NCBI GenBank assembly: GCA_030704615.1
Contig: CM060734.1
Location: 15,748,001 to 15,812,000, forward strand
Direction of reading: 5' to 3'
From: Takakia lepidozioides
Taxonomy: Eukaryota > Plantae > Bryophyta
Length of the DNA: 64,000 nt
Under the pieces are notes generated by a model. It was not told where the DNA came from, made no database searches, and worked only from the letters and a program-made list of their open reading frames with translations. Positions 1 to 12,255 of the stretch are shown in pieces. Made by a program: the position numbers and the translations under genes. The stretch's first letter is position 1; each line of letters opens with the position of its first letter.

Positions 1-3000
1 TAACGACAAATCAGCCTCATAACAAGGCATTATCAACCATTCTTCATTCACAAGTCAGATTTATGACAAATCCCAGACTTCAAAGTCAATGAAGTCTCTG
101 GGTGGGGGGGGGGTGGGAAAAATTAGAGACTCGATTACCACTGTTCATAGTAGGAAACCATTGTTCACATGCTAAAAAGTGCCATTCAATGACATGCCTG
201 TCATTAGTCCTAGTTTTTGGGTCAGCTTACATACCAAGGCATAACCAACCATCCTCATTTTTGTTGGCCCAAAAAACTATATAGTTTGGGTTTTCTTTGT
301 ATCATTGGAACCTAGCCCATATTTTGGGTACCACATTTGTACAAAACCAATGGGGTAGGTTTTGGGCATGAAATTTTCTGCCATGGCACTGTGTCCATTG
401 GCATTTTGACACAAACGAAGGTACATCAACACATACCTCAAAATGTAGAGTTTTTACCTTTAGGTTTATATATAAACTCTGGTGACCGGAAGAAGAGGCC
501 AGTGAAGGACCCGCAATTCCCGGCTGTCAGCAAAGTAACAATCAGGAAAGAATCTTATATCAAACTTTAGTGTTTACCCACCACCTTGTTTTGGGTAAAA
601 CAGTGGACAAAACCAGGGGGCAGGTATTGGGACTTAGGTAATGAAGTCTGGCAAGGGGTTTACCACCTGGTATTCAGACAAAACATCTACCAGCAGCATA
701 TCAGAATTGGGTATTTTTTATGGTGCTATAAAGAGCAAAGCCATACAAGAGAAACATAGAAACATTTGAGCCAAAGAAAAGGAACTCATTCGTATCATAA
801 GGTATCTAAATCTGACATAAGGCATCGGCTACATGGGACCGGGCAAACAAGAGTAATGTGCACTGACCGGATCATGTATGAGGTGTACACGTCTACCTCC
901 AGCAGGCTGTCGTACCAAGGCCTAGCTCCAAATTCAGCATTCAGAAAGCCCTATAGATGTTCTATGCTTATCTCAGGTACCTTCAAGGATGCCTTACTCT
1001 CCATGCCCAATTAGCCAACATATTTTTGCTGGAGAAGATCTTACCTTATGAAGGACTTGCTTGCTCCACACCATGGTCTGGCGGTAGAGGAGGCTGATAT
1101 CTCATGGCTTTGGGCCTTCCCATTGCCTGTGGTTCATCACTTCAATCAGGAACATATTTGATAACCTTTTGTCATGCTCAGACCAAGGTGTTAGTAAATC
1201 AAAACATAAAACTGAAAACAGAAGGGAGATTGGTTGATGATGTGTACAAGACCACCAAGTACACCGGTCTAAATCAGAGAGGGAAGATACTTATGTCTTG
1301 TCGAGACATGGACAAAGACCTGACAAGGTCATTGTAAAATTAACGACAAATCAGCCTCAATACAAGGCATTATCAACCATTCTTCATTCACAAGTCAGAT
1401 TTATGACAAATCCCAGACTTCAAAGTCATGAGTCTCTGGGTGGGGGGGTGGGAAAATTAGAGACTCGATTACCACTGTTCATAGTAGGAACCATTGTTCA
1501 GCATGCTAAAAAGTGCCATTCATGACATGCCATGTCATTCAGTCTGTATTTTTTGGTCAGCTTACATACCAAGGCATAACCAACCATCCTCATTTATTGT
1601 GGCCCAAAACTAGTATAGTTTTTGGGTTTTGTATCATTGGACCTAGCCCATATTTTTTGGGTACCACATGTGTACAAAACCAATGGGGTTAGGTTTTAGG
1701 CAATGAATTTTTTTTCTGCCTTGGCATGTTCCAAGTTGGCAAGTTGTGACACAAACGAAGGTACATCAACACATACATCAAAATGTAGAGTTTTACCTTT
1801 TAGTTATATATAAGCTCTGGTGACCGGAAGAAGAGGCCAGTGAAGGAACCCTCAATTCCCGAGGTCATAAAGTAACAATCAGGAAAGAATCTTATATCAA
1901 ACTTTTAGTGTTACCCACCCCTTGTTTTGGGTAAAAATGTACAAAACCAAAGGGGGCAGGTATTGGGACTTAGGTAATGAAGTCTGGCAGGGGTTTACCA
2001 CCTGGTATTCAGACAAAACATCTACCAGCAGCATATCAGAATTGGGTATTTTTTATGGTGCTATAAAGAGCAAAGCCATAACCAGGAGAAACATAGAAAC
2101 ATTTGAGCCAAAGAAAAAGGAACTCATTCGTATCATAAGGTATCTAAATCTGACATAAGGCATCGGCTACATGGGACCGGCAAACAAGAGTAATGTGCAC
2201 TGACCGGATCATGTATGAGGTACACACGTCTACTCCAGCAGGCTGTCGTACCAAGGCCTAGCTCCAAATTTCAGCATTCAGAAGCCCTATAGATGTTCTA
2301 TGCTTATCTCAGGTACCTTCAAGGATGCCTTACTCTCCATGCCCAATTAGCCAACATATTTTTTGCTGGAGAAGATCTTACCTTATGAAGGACTTGCTTG
2401 CTCCACACCATGGTCATGGCGGTAGAGGAGGCTGATATCTCATGGCTTTGGCCTTCCCATTGCCTTGGGTTCATCACTTCAATCAGGAACATATTTGATA
2501 ACCTTTTGTCATGCTCAGACCAAGGTGTTTAAATCAAACATAAAACTGAAAACAGAAGGGAGATTGGTTGATGATGTGTACAAGAACCACCAAGTACACC
2601 CGGTCTAAAATCAGAGAGGGAAGATACTTATGTCTTGTCGAGACATGGACAAGACCTGACAAGGTCATTGTAAAATTAACGACAAATCAGCCTCATAACA
2701 AGGCATTATCAACCATTCTTCATTCACAAGTCAGATTTATGACAAATCCCAGACTTCAAAGTCAATGAAGTCTCTGGGTGGGGGGGGGTGGGAAAATTAG
2801 AGACTCGATTACCACTGTTCATAGTAGGAAACCATTGTTCAGCATGCTAAAAAGTGCCATTCATGACATGCCATGTCATTCAGTCTGTATTTTTTGGTCA
2901 GCTTACATACCAAGGCATAACCAACCATCCTCATTTATTGTTGGCCCAAAAACTAGTATAGTTTTTGGGTTCTTTGTATCATTGGACCTAGCCCATATTT

Positions 3001-6000
3001 TTGGGTACCACATGTGTACAAAACCAATGGGGGTAGGTTTAGGCAATGAATTTTTCTGCCATTGGCATGTTCCAAGTTGGCAAGTTGTGACACAAACGAA
3101 GGTACATCAACACATACATCAAAATGTAGAGTTTTACCTTTTAGTTTTATATAAGCTCTGGTGACCGGAAGAAGAGGCCAGTGAAGGAACCCTCAATTCC
3201 CGAGGTCATAAAGTAACAATCAGGAAAGAATCTTATATCAAACTTTTAGTGTTTACCCACCCTTGTTTTGGGTAAAACATGTGTACAAACCAAAGGGGGC
3301 AGGTATTGGGACTTAGGTAATGAAGTCTGCAGGGGTTTACCACCTGGTATTCAGACAAAACATCTACCAGCAGCATATCAGAATTGGGTATTTTTTATGG
3401 TGCTATAAAGAGCAAAGCCATAACCAGGAGAAACATAGAAACATTTGAGCCAAAGAAAAGGAACTCATTCGTATCATAAGGTATCTAAATCTGACATAAG
3501 GCATCGGCTACATGGGACCGGCAAACAAGAGTAATGTGCACTGACCGGATCATGTATGAGGTGTACACCTCTACTCCAGCAGGCTGTCGTACCAAGGCCT
3601 AGCTCCAAATTTCAGCATTCAGAAGCCCTATAGATGTTCTATGCTTATCTCAGGTACCTTCAAGGATGCCTTACTCTCCATGCCCAATTAGCCAACATAT
3701 TTTTGCTGGAGAAGATCTTACCTTATGAAGGACTTGCTGCTCCACACCATGGTCATGGCGGTAGAGGAGGCTGATATCTCATGGCTTTGGCCTTCCCATT
3801 GCCTTGGGTTCATCACTTCAATCAGGAACATATTTGATAACCTTTTTGTCATGCTCAGACCAAGGTGTTAGTAAATCAAACATAAAACTGAAAACAGAAG
3901 GAGATTGGTTGATGATGTGTACAAGAACCACCAAGTACACACGGTCTAAATCAGAGAGGGAAGATACTTATGTCTTGTCGAGACATGGACAAAGACCTGA
4001 CAAGGTCATTGTAAAATTAACGACAAATCAGCCTCATAACAAGGCATTATCACCATTCTTCATTCACAAGTCAGATTTATGACAAATCCCAGACTTCAAA
4101 GTCAATGAAGTCTCTGGGTGGGGGGGGGTGGGAAAAATTAGAGACTCGATTACCACTGTTCATAGTAGGAACCATTGTTCAGCATGCTAAAAAGTGCCAT
4201 TCATGACATGCAATGTCATTCAGTCTGTATTTTTTGGTCAGCTTACATACCAAGGCATAACCAACCATCCTCATTTATTGTTGGCCCAAAACTAGTATAG
4301 TTTGGGGTCTTGTATCATTGGACCTAGCCCATTTTTTTGGGTACCACATGTGTAAAAACCAATGGGGGTAGGTTTAGGCAATGAATTTTTCTGCATTGGC
4401 ATGTTCCAAGTTGGCAAGTTGTGACACAAACGGACATCACACATACATCAAATGTAGAGTTTTACCTTTTAGTTTATATATAAGCTCTGGTGACCGGAAG
4501 AAGAGGCCATGAAGGAACCCTCAATTCCCGAGGTCATAAAGTACAATCAGGAAAGAATCTTATATCAAACTTTTAGTGTTTACCCACCCCTTGTTTTGGG
4601 TAAACATGTGTACAAAACCAAAGGGGGCAGGTATTGGGGACTTAGGTAATGAAGTCTGGCAGGGGTTTACCACCTGGTATTCAGACAAAACATCTACCAG
4701 CAGCATATCAGAATGGGGTATTTTTTATGGTGCTATAAAGAGCAAAGCCATAAACCAGGAGACAATAGAAACATTGAGCCAAAGAAAAGGAACTCATTCG
4801 TATCATAAGGTATCTAATCTGACATAAGCATCGGCTACATGGGACGGCAAACAAGAGTAATGTGCACTGACCGGATCATGTATGAGGTGTACACGTCTAC
4901 TCCAGCAGGCTGTCGTACCAAGGCTAGCTCCAAATTCAGCATTCAGAAGCCCTATATGTTCTATGCTTATCTCAGGTACCTTCAAGGATGCCTTACTCTC
5001 CATGCCCATTAGCCAACATATTTTTGCTGGAGAAGATCTTACCTTATGAAGGACTTGCTTGCTCCACACCACCATGGTCTGGCGGTAGAGGAGGCTGATA
5101 TCTCATGGCTTTGGCCTTCCCATTGCCTTGGGTTCATCACTTCAATCAGGAACATATTGATAACCTTTTGTCATGCTCAGACCAAGGTGTGTAGTAAATC
5201 AAACATAAAACTGAAAACAGAAGGAGATTGGTTGATGATGTGTACAAGAACCACCAAGTACACCGGTCTAAATCAGAGAGGGAAGATACTTATGTCTTGT
5301 CGAGACATGGACAAAGACCTGACAAGGTCATTGTAAAATTAACGACAAATCAGCCTCATAACAAGGCATTATCAACCATTCTTCATTCACAAGTCAGATT
5401 TATGACAAATCCCAGACTTCAAAGTCAATGAAGTCTCTGGGTGGGGGGGGTGGGAAAAATTAGAGACTCGATTACCACTGTTCATAGTAGGAAACCATTG
5501 TTCAGCATGCTAAAAAGTGCCATTTCATGACATGCCATGTCATTCAGTCTGTATTTTTTGGTCAGCTTACATACCAAGGCATAACCAACCATCCTCATTT
5601 ATTGTTGGCCCAAAAACTAGTATAGTTTTGGGTTCTTTGTATCATTGGACTAGCCCATATTTTTTGGGTACCACATGTTACAAAACCAATGGGGGTAGGT
5701 TTAGGCAATGAATTTTTCTGCATTGGCATGTTCCAAGTTGGCAAGTTGTGACACAAACGAAGGTACATCAACACATACATCAAAATGTAGAGTTTTACCT
5801 TTTAGTTTATATATAAGCTCTGGTGACCGGAAGAAGAGGCCAGTGAAGGAACCCTCAATTCCCGAGGTCATAAAGTAACAATCAGGAAAGAATCTTATAT
5901 CAAACTTTTAGTGTTTACCCACCCCTTGTTTTGGGTAAAACATGTGTACAAAACCAAGGGGGCAGGTATTGGGGACTTAGGTAATGAAGTCTGGCAGGGG

Positions 6001-6249
6001 TTTACCACCTGGTATTCAGACAAAACATCTACCAGCAGCATATCAGAATTGGGTATTTTTTATGGTGCTATAAAGAGCAAAGCCATAAACCAGGAGAAAA
6101 CATAGAAACATTTGGCCAAAGAAAAGGAACTCATTCGTATCATAAGGTATCTAAATCTGACATAAGGCATCGGCTACATGGGACCGGCAAACAAGAGTAA
6201 TGTGCACTGACCGGATCATGTATGAGGTGTACACGTCTACTCCAGCAGG
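1..6249. repeat. Tandem array (macrosatellite), ~1.34-kb monomer, ~4.7 copies visible, open at window start
   Basis: TAACGACAAATCAGCCTCA recurs at 1, 1341, 2677, 4018 and 5340 (periods 1340/1336/1341/1322). Copies differ mostly by small indels. The array ends abruptly at ...TACTCCAGCAGG near 6249. Confidence 0.97.
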
Positions 6250-6259
6250 ATTGGGTGCA

Positions 6260-6845
6260 TGTTTATTTCTATGGTTCCTTTGTAACCAGAAGTAAAAGCT
6301 ACAAAGAAGAGGGAGGTCATTTATGTGATGGGGTCTGGTATGCACTCCCTTACGGGGTGAGTGCATACCACACTCATCCATAAGGAGCTGCCATCCAGGG
6401 GATGGTTGGTGGGTTCCATCTCTCTCCCTCTCTCTCCCTCCCTCCATGGATCTGGCTGGTTCTCTTAAAACTTGATAGTTTAGACCGGTGGTATGTTTAC
6501 GTACCCCTAATTAACCTTCTTGGAATTTGGTTAATTTCGGTTATTTACATTACCCGGATTTTTGGTATAAGGTCGGGATCCTAATGGAGCCATCATATTA
6601 TTTAAATTTTTCATCCATAAATGGATGTCATCCTCAGAGGATGACACGGATGAAAAATCGATAGACAATTTCATCCAACGCGATGAAATCACGATAGATT
6701 TCATCCTGCGCGGTAGAGTTCATCCCGTGTGATGGATTTTCATCCCGAATGGATGAAATCGTGAGAAATCACGTGGATGAAATTGCGGGAAATCGCGCTT
6801 CATCTCTTCCCTGCCCTAACCCTCTGCACGACGATCGTGCTTAAG
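6260..6845 (+). repeat. Diverged repeat-family copy with a conserved 33-bp hairpin and TCATCC/GGATGA motif cluster; inverted partner of 10550-11075
   Basis: GGTATGCACTC-CCTTACGGGGT-GAGTGCATACC at 6337-6369 and downstream blocks (GTGGATGAAAT.GCGGGA, CTGCCCTAA, CGTGCTT) match the reverse complement of 10550-11010. Outer limits are approximate. Confidence 0.7.
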
Positions 6846-8054
6846 GGATGGCTGGAGCTGAGAGATGGTGCGGGGGGCGCATGGACCTCGATTCAGGCGC
6901 CCTTGAATGCCATGGAGCTGCGCCATTAAGGCATTTAGGTGTTCTGGCAAGATTCAGTACCTTCTTCCCCTCTCGGGTGCGCAATGGCGGCAGTACCTGC
7001 AATTTCCCTGTGGCGGTTGTCTCTAATGCTTGGCGGGCGATCTACCTGTGTTGTGGTTGCTTGCTGTGACCTTCATTGATCATTAAGGTACAAGCGGCAA
7101 TCTTAAGGCCTCGGGGAAGTGTCTGAACTCTTTAAGTTTGGGCGATTCACTTTCTTTGTGCATGCTTTGTACATTTTGTTGTGCATTCTTGTTTGTTGGT
7201 CTTGAGAGCTATGGCGCAGGCCTCTCTTCCACAAGCCATCAAGGTATTGGCTTGCATATGCTCTGTTTCCTTTCTGCCCCTGCTTTGTATTGCATGTTGT
7301 ACAGCGATAACAAGCGTGAGACCTGCGATTCACCTGGGGTTCCATCGTCTCTAACTTAACTGTTTCTGATTGCATGTGATGGGACCAGGTGAGGGTCCTC
7401 ACTCAACATGGATTTTAAAGCTTGAAGTAGATTGGAATCGAGTTGAAGAAGCGACGCCATCTGTATCTTTGGGGGAGAACAATCCTTTCTTCCTCTTTCC
7501 TTTGATCTTGATGGCTCCTATGTTTAACCTAGTATGGTGGACAATCAATCATTACGGCGACTATCTCTTGTTCCCTATGGCATAGTGACAATGGAGCAAT
7601 GATATGACAAGCTGCTGGCTTTAAAGAGATCTGGTAACATGCTACAATGTAGGGCAGACCTGTTTTCATGACCAGACAGTGTCCTTGAATGTACAAGCAT
7701 TGGAAAGCAGGTCGACACCTTTCACAGCACAGAGCTCGTGCTTCAGGGATCCTTGATGATGCGCCGTGTAAATCTGCTCCCCAACTGCTGCATGGTACCC
7801 GTGATGGCTGGCTCTTGGGATGCGCATTGGCGGTTATGCAGATTCTTCTCTGGCAGGTGACAAAACGATGATTGCTTTGCTCAGACCCTCGTGGTTCTTT
7901 TTAATTGCAGCGTTACTCCTCGTTGGGAAGTACTCTACTCCTATTTATCTACAGATTACATATGGCTCTTTCACTTTGTATGAGTTCTTCTCTATCTGTG
8001 AACCCTTCTACTATGATTGTGTTATGTTGGAGACGATCTGTTGGACGCCATGGC

Positions 8055-8348
8055 CTCTGCTTCCCAAGTCAAGAGAAAATTATATGGACAAAACATTCAT
8101 ATAGCTGGGCACGCAAGAGTTCATAAATTACAGGTGTTCTTCAACCAATGCCAGTAAATTACTGCACATTTTTCCACCATATCAGCCAACTTTATGGTTA
8201 GAACCGTTTTTCCAAAGGTATGAATAAGAACTTGTGTTCTTCAGCCAGTGGCAGTAGTCTACTGCCCGTGATTCACAACATGAACATGTGAATAAAAACA
8301 TTGGCAGCAATCTGCTGCCCATCTTTTTCACCATATCAGCCAGCTTTA
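8055..8348 (+). repeat. ~290-bp segment duplicated directly at 11264-11557
   Basis: CTCTGCTTCCCAAGTCAAGAGAAAATTATATGG...CAGCTTTA is near-identical at both sites. Confidence 0.93.
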
Positions 8349-8399
8349 TGGTTTTAAAACCAGATTTCCTTAAGGTATGAAAAAGGACATATCACGTTA

Positions 8400-8990
8400 C
8401 ACCTGGGCATTTTTTTAGTGGTGCTATAAAGAGCAAACCCACATCCAAGAGAAGTATTAAAGCCCACGAGTAGGGAAGGCTTTTCATCATAAGGGATCTG
8501 ATGCTGACATAAGGCATCAACTACAAGTTACCAGTTAACAGGAGTAATGTGCATTGACCGGATCATGTAGAAGGTGTACACACATACTCTAACAGGCTGT
8601 TTTACCCGGGCCTAGCTCATAATATCAGTATGCAAGAAACCCTTAGATGTTCTTCAAGTAATATCAGCAATGCCTTTCTCTCGTTGTCCAATCCGCCAAC
8701 AATTTTTTTTCGAGAGGGATCATCATACCTTATGAGGGATTGTTGCTCCACACTATTGTTGTGGAGGTATAGGGGGCTGATACCCATGGCTTTCCATTAA
8801 AGGTGTTAGTACATCATAGTAAGAAAACTGGAAAATGGCAGGTGAGAGAGAGAGAGAGAGTGTACAGAAACCACTGAGTACACTGGTCAAGAATAGAGAG
8901 GGAAGATACTATGTCTTGTCGGGACATGGAGAAGACCAAACAAGGTCTTTGTCAAATCAACGACAAATCAGCCTCATAACAAGGCACTAT
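8400..8990 (+). repeat. Diverged single-copy relative of the 1.34-kb satellite monomer
   Basis: Collinear shared blocks: GGTGCTATAAAGAGCAAA, CTGACATAAGGCATC, GAGTAATGTGCA.TGACCGGATCATGTA, AGAGAGGGAAGATACT, AACGACAAATCAGCCTCATAACAAGGCA. Confidence 0.85.
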
Positions 8991-10549
8991 CTAACTTCAC
9001 CTTCCATAGGCAGTATCTTACCTGTTAAAAACTCGTGTCATCTTCCTGAAAACACATGAAAAAAAAAATTAGGGTGGGAGGGTGGGATTTCCAAGACAAC
9101 CATCGCCCTAGATTCAGATGTCATTCATCATTGAAGGAGTCTTGTTTTTCTTATAAAACAATCGGGACAAACACCACCTTTGGTACATACCAGATCAACA
9201 TAAACACTCGAGCCTTTGAGAATGAGTTGCAGGTGTTGCAATTCCAAGAGCCCAGCCTGATAATGTAGACCAGCCAGCATGCTATGTCTATGTTCCATGA
9301 ATGCACAAAGGTCTGGATCTGGTTTTCCAATCATCGATCTCCAAAACTCAATCAGAGTGGAGTGCTACAATGAGCATAATCAGAACTTTATAGACAACAC
9401 CAGCTCAAAGGGTATTCCAAAAGGCTAGTTTGATAAGTTAAACCAGCCCCTATGTATTTTGAAAAAGCCCAACAAGACCACTGCTTGGTATTCTTCCAAG
9501 TCAAGTACAGCTTGGTACTTTCCAGTTAATAGTAAAACTGAACCTGTTTCAAATTTCAAAGGATGGTTCGCAACCTTAAAACAGGTGTTATGTAATCTGA
9601 AAAGCCCATCACGCCAGCTGCTTGGTAATCTCCAAGTTAGAACAGTGTAACCAGGGCTGTTTTAAATTTAGAACTCTGACCTCAATGTTCAAAAAGTATC
9701 GCTTGGTACTTACCGTGTTAAATCAGCATAAGAAGGCCTATCTCAAGCATCATTGGATAGCCTTATAAGGTCTGGAGATGGTACTCCAGCACCATATAAT
9801 CAAATGCACCCGAAGCTCAGACTGGTATCATGCCAGAAAACTGATTTACAATCAGGTTGAAAACCCCACTAATATGGTGCCAAAGTTCAGACTGGTATCA
9901 TACCAGAAAACTGACTTATAATCAGGTTACAACCCATAAAAACCAAAAAGGATTAAGGTTGAGAGGCCGAATCGTATCAGATGCCCCACTGAAGCAGTAT
10001 GTAGCGTCAATCGTCACCATCGCCAAGTCCTTTGATCATCTGCAAACTGAAAAAATACACATCCAGTGAAGACCCTCACCTGTGCCCGTCCCAAAAACCA
10101 CCACATCAAGATGTGTGTCAGTGAGGATGCACGAGGCGAGTAGCAGGTCTTCACAGTTGCTATCCATGTCCAACATGCATTCTACAGTGAGCAAATTGAT
10201 CAAAAGTAAAACATAGATGCGACACCACAAGAACTTTAATCGTTTGTGGAGTGGGACGCTGCGGCATTCAACACCTGAATCTCAAGAGATCACACAGCAG
10301 AATGCAACAAATTGGGATACTTGAGGACAAATTGCATATTTTACAAAGTGCATGATACTTCCCCCATCACCTTATGAGCGCCGCTGCTTCACAAATAAGA
10401 AAGATTGCAGGCAACACAGCAGTAGGTCATTTGCCAGTGCGGAAATGGAAGAGTCTGCCGCCATCGCGCAAGAAAAAACAAATTCATGCGCATCGTGATG
10501 CTGGAGCACTCAGCTCAGCTCAGCCGCCATCGCCATCCTCCAGAGAAAA

Positions 10550-11075
10550 CAAGCACGAGTATCGTGCCGTGCTTAGGGCAGAGAGGCGGTTAGCAAACCA
10601 TCCCGCGATTTCATCCACTGGGATGAAATTTTGCACTTCATTAGAGTTACATCCTCTTAGGTTTACATCCGTCAGGGTAACATCCAGGATGGATGTAATC
10701 CGTCATGGATGAAAAATTGCAGGCTACATCCTTAGTGGTAAGGCTCGAGACAATAATTCATCCAGTTAGGGATTATACCTGGCATATTTTTCATCCGGTA
10801 TGGATGAAATTCAAAACATATTCCATTAGGGATTATAAAGAAGGTATTTCCAAACCAGGTAGGCTTAGGAAAATAATTTGTTAATCCCAAACAGATAATT
10901 GGAGAGAGGGAGAGAGGGGGCGCCCACCATCCAACCCCTGGCATGGCAGTCCCTTATGGAGTGAGTGTGGTATGCACTCACCCCGTAAGGGAGTGCATAC
11001 CGGACCCATTCTCATAAGGCTCTCCCTCTACAATGTAGTTCTGTCCTTGGACTTGAATACCAAAAAGATAAAAGG
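10550..11075 (-). repeat. Inverted diverged partner of 6260-6845
   Basis: Same hairpin at 10969-11001 and the GGATGA/TCATCC cluster at ~10600-10810. Confidence 0.7.
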
Positions 11076-11263
11076 TCTACATTCTCTCTGCCCTCAGATC
11101 ACGAGTGAACATTGGCATAGCATAAATCAAACTTGGGCAAGAATATAGAGTCATGCGTTTTCCGTCTTACCTCTTATCTTGTCAACAAGCTCTTGTAAAG
11201 AAGTAGAGACCAAGGAAGAATCTCCGTGCGATGTAGTTTTATCTTTGGTTAAGAAGCTACAGT

Positions 11264-11557
11264 CTCTGCTTCCCAAGTCAAGAGAAAATTATATGGACAA
11301 AACATTCATATAGCTGGGCACGCAAGAGTTCATAAATTACAGGTGTTCTTCAACTGATGCCAGTAAATTACTGCACATTTTTCCACCATATCAGCCAACT
11401 TTATGGTTAGAACCTTTTTTCCAAAGGTATGAATAAGAACTTGTGTTCTTCAGCCAGTGGCAGTAGTCTACTGCCCGTGATTCACAACATGAACATGTGA
11501 ATAAAAACATTGGCAGCAATCTGCTGCCCATCTTTTTCACCATATCAACCAGCTTTA
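11264..11557 (+). repeat. Direct duplicate of 8055-8348
   Basis: Near-identity by direct comparison. It is joined at 11557/11558 to a MULE subterminal fragment. Confidence 0.93.
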
Positions 11558-12004
11558 ATTGCAGTTTTGACAGTTGTGCTCATGATATTTCGTCTTCCGC
11601 TCATGCCAATTCCCAGTGACATGTGCAAATTTTGCGCCGAATTTCACGGTAATAGGGTCCGTAACCTGAAAAAACGACGACGTATTTCGTGGTAATAGGT
11701 CTCTCTGGCGAAAAATGGTGCCGAATTCCGCGGCTATAGGTCCCCTCATGACAGGTAATTCGGCGCCATTTTTCCAGTGCATGTTCGGACTTAGCCAGTT
11801 TTCGGCGCAAAATAGGGAAATTCGGCTCCATTTTTCCAGACACTATACCAGTGTATGTTGGGACTTGGCCAGTTTTCGGCCCAAAAAAAAGAGATTCGGC
11901 GCCATTTTTCCAGACACGGTACCAGTGCATGTTGGGACTTAGCCAGTTTTCGGCCCAAAAAAGAGAAATTCGGCGCCATTTTCCCAGACACAGGTACCAG
12001 TGCA
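11558..12004 (-). mobile_element. Fragment of MULE right subterminal region (~74-bp repeats), interrupted by copy A
   Basis: Reverse complement of ~31351-31722, with one extra repeat unit. It ends in CCAGTGCA (the reverse complement of TGCACTGG) immediately before the left TIR. Confidence 0.92.
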
Positions 12005-12072
12005 GGGGGCTGCTATTTCATGAGCGGCATGAGCATGAGCGGCATGAGCATGAGCGGCATGAGCATGAGCGG
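12005..12072 (+). repeat. Left terminal inverted repeat with ATGAGC(GGC) subterminal repeats
   Basis: GGGGGCTGCTATTTCATGAGC matches the right end read inward, GAGGTTTGCTATTTCATGAGC (31895, 60855). Confidence 0.88.
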
Positions 12073-12255
12073 AAAAAAAAAAAGCATGAGCAGACCATTG
12101 TGAGTCCACGGAAATGGGGTTAGTAGGCACGGAAATAGGGTCATGTGAAGTTGGAATGTGGCACCAGTGGACTTGAAATGCAACATTTTATTGCAAATTT
12201 TGTGGCAAGCCACGTCTATACAAGTGTGTTCTAACTGTCATAGCCGGAATGGGCA

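Noticed and set aside
102-6105. Small ORFs in the satellite
   Set aside because: Frames break differently in each monomer and no domain is recognisable.
6337-6369. Helitron 3' hairpin or tRNA/ribozyme
   Set aside because: No CTRR terminus at the expected distance on either strand, and no cloverleaf or hammerhead core.
6848-8126. Host protein-coding gene
   Set aside because: Only short ORFs with no recognisable motif and no convincing exon chain.
11851-12213. HERHEHER / SGMSM / AHAAH repeat proteins
   Set aside because: Translation of the ATGAGC(GGC) terminal repeats.
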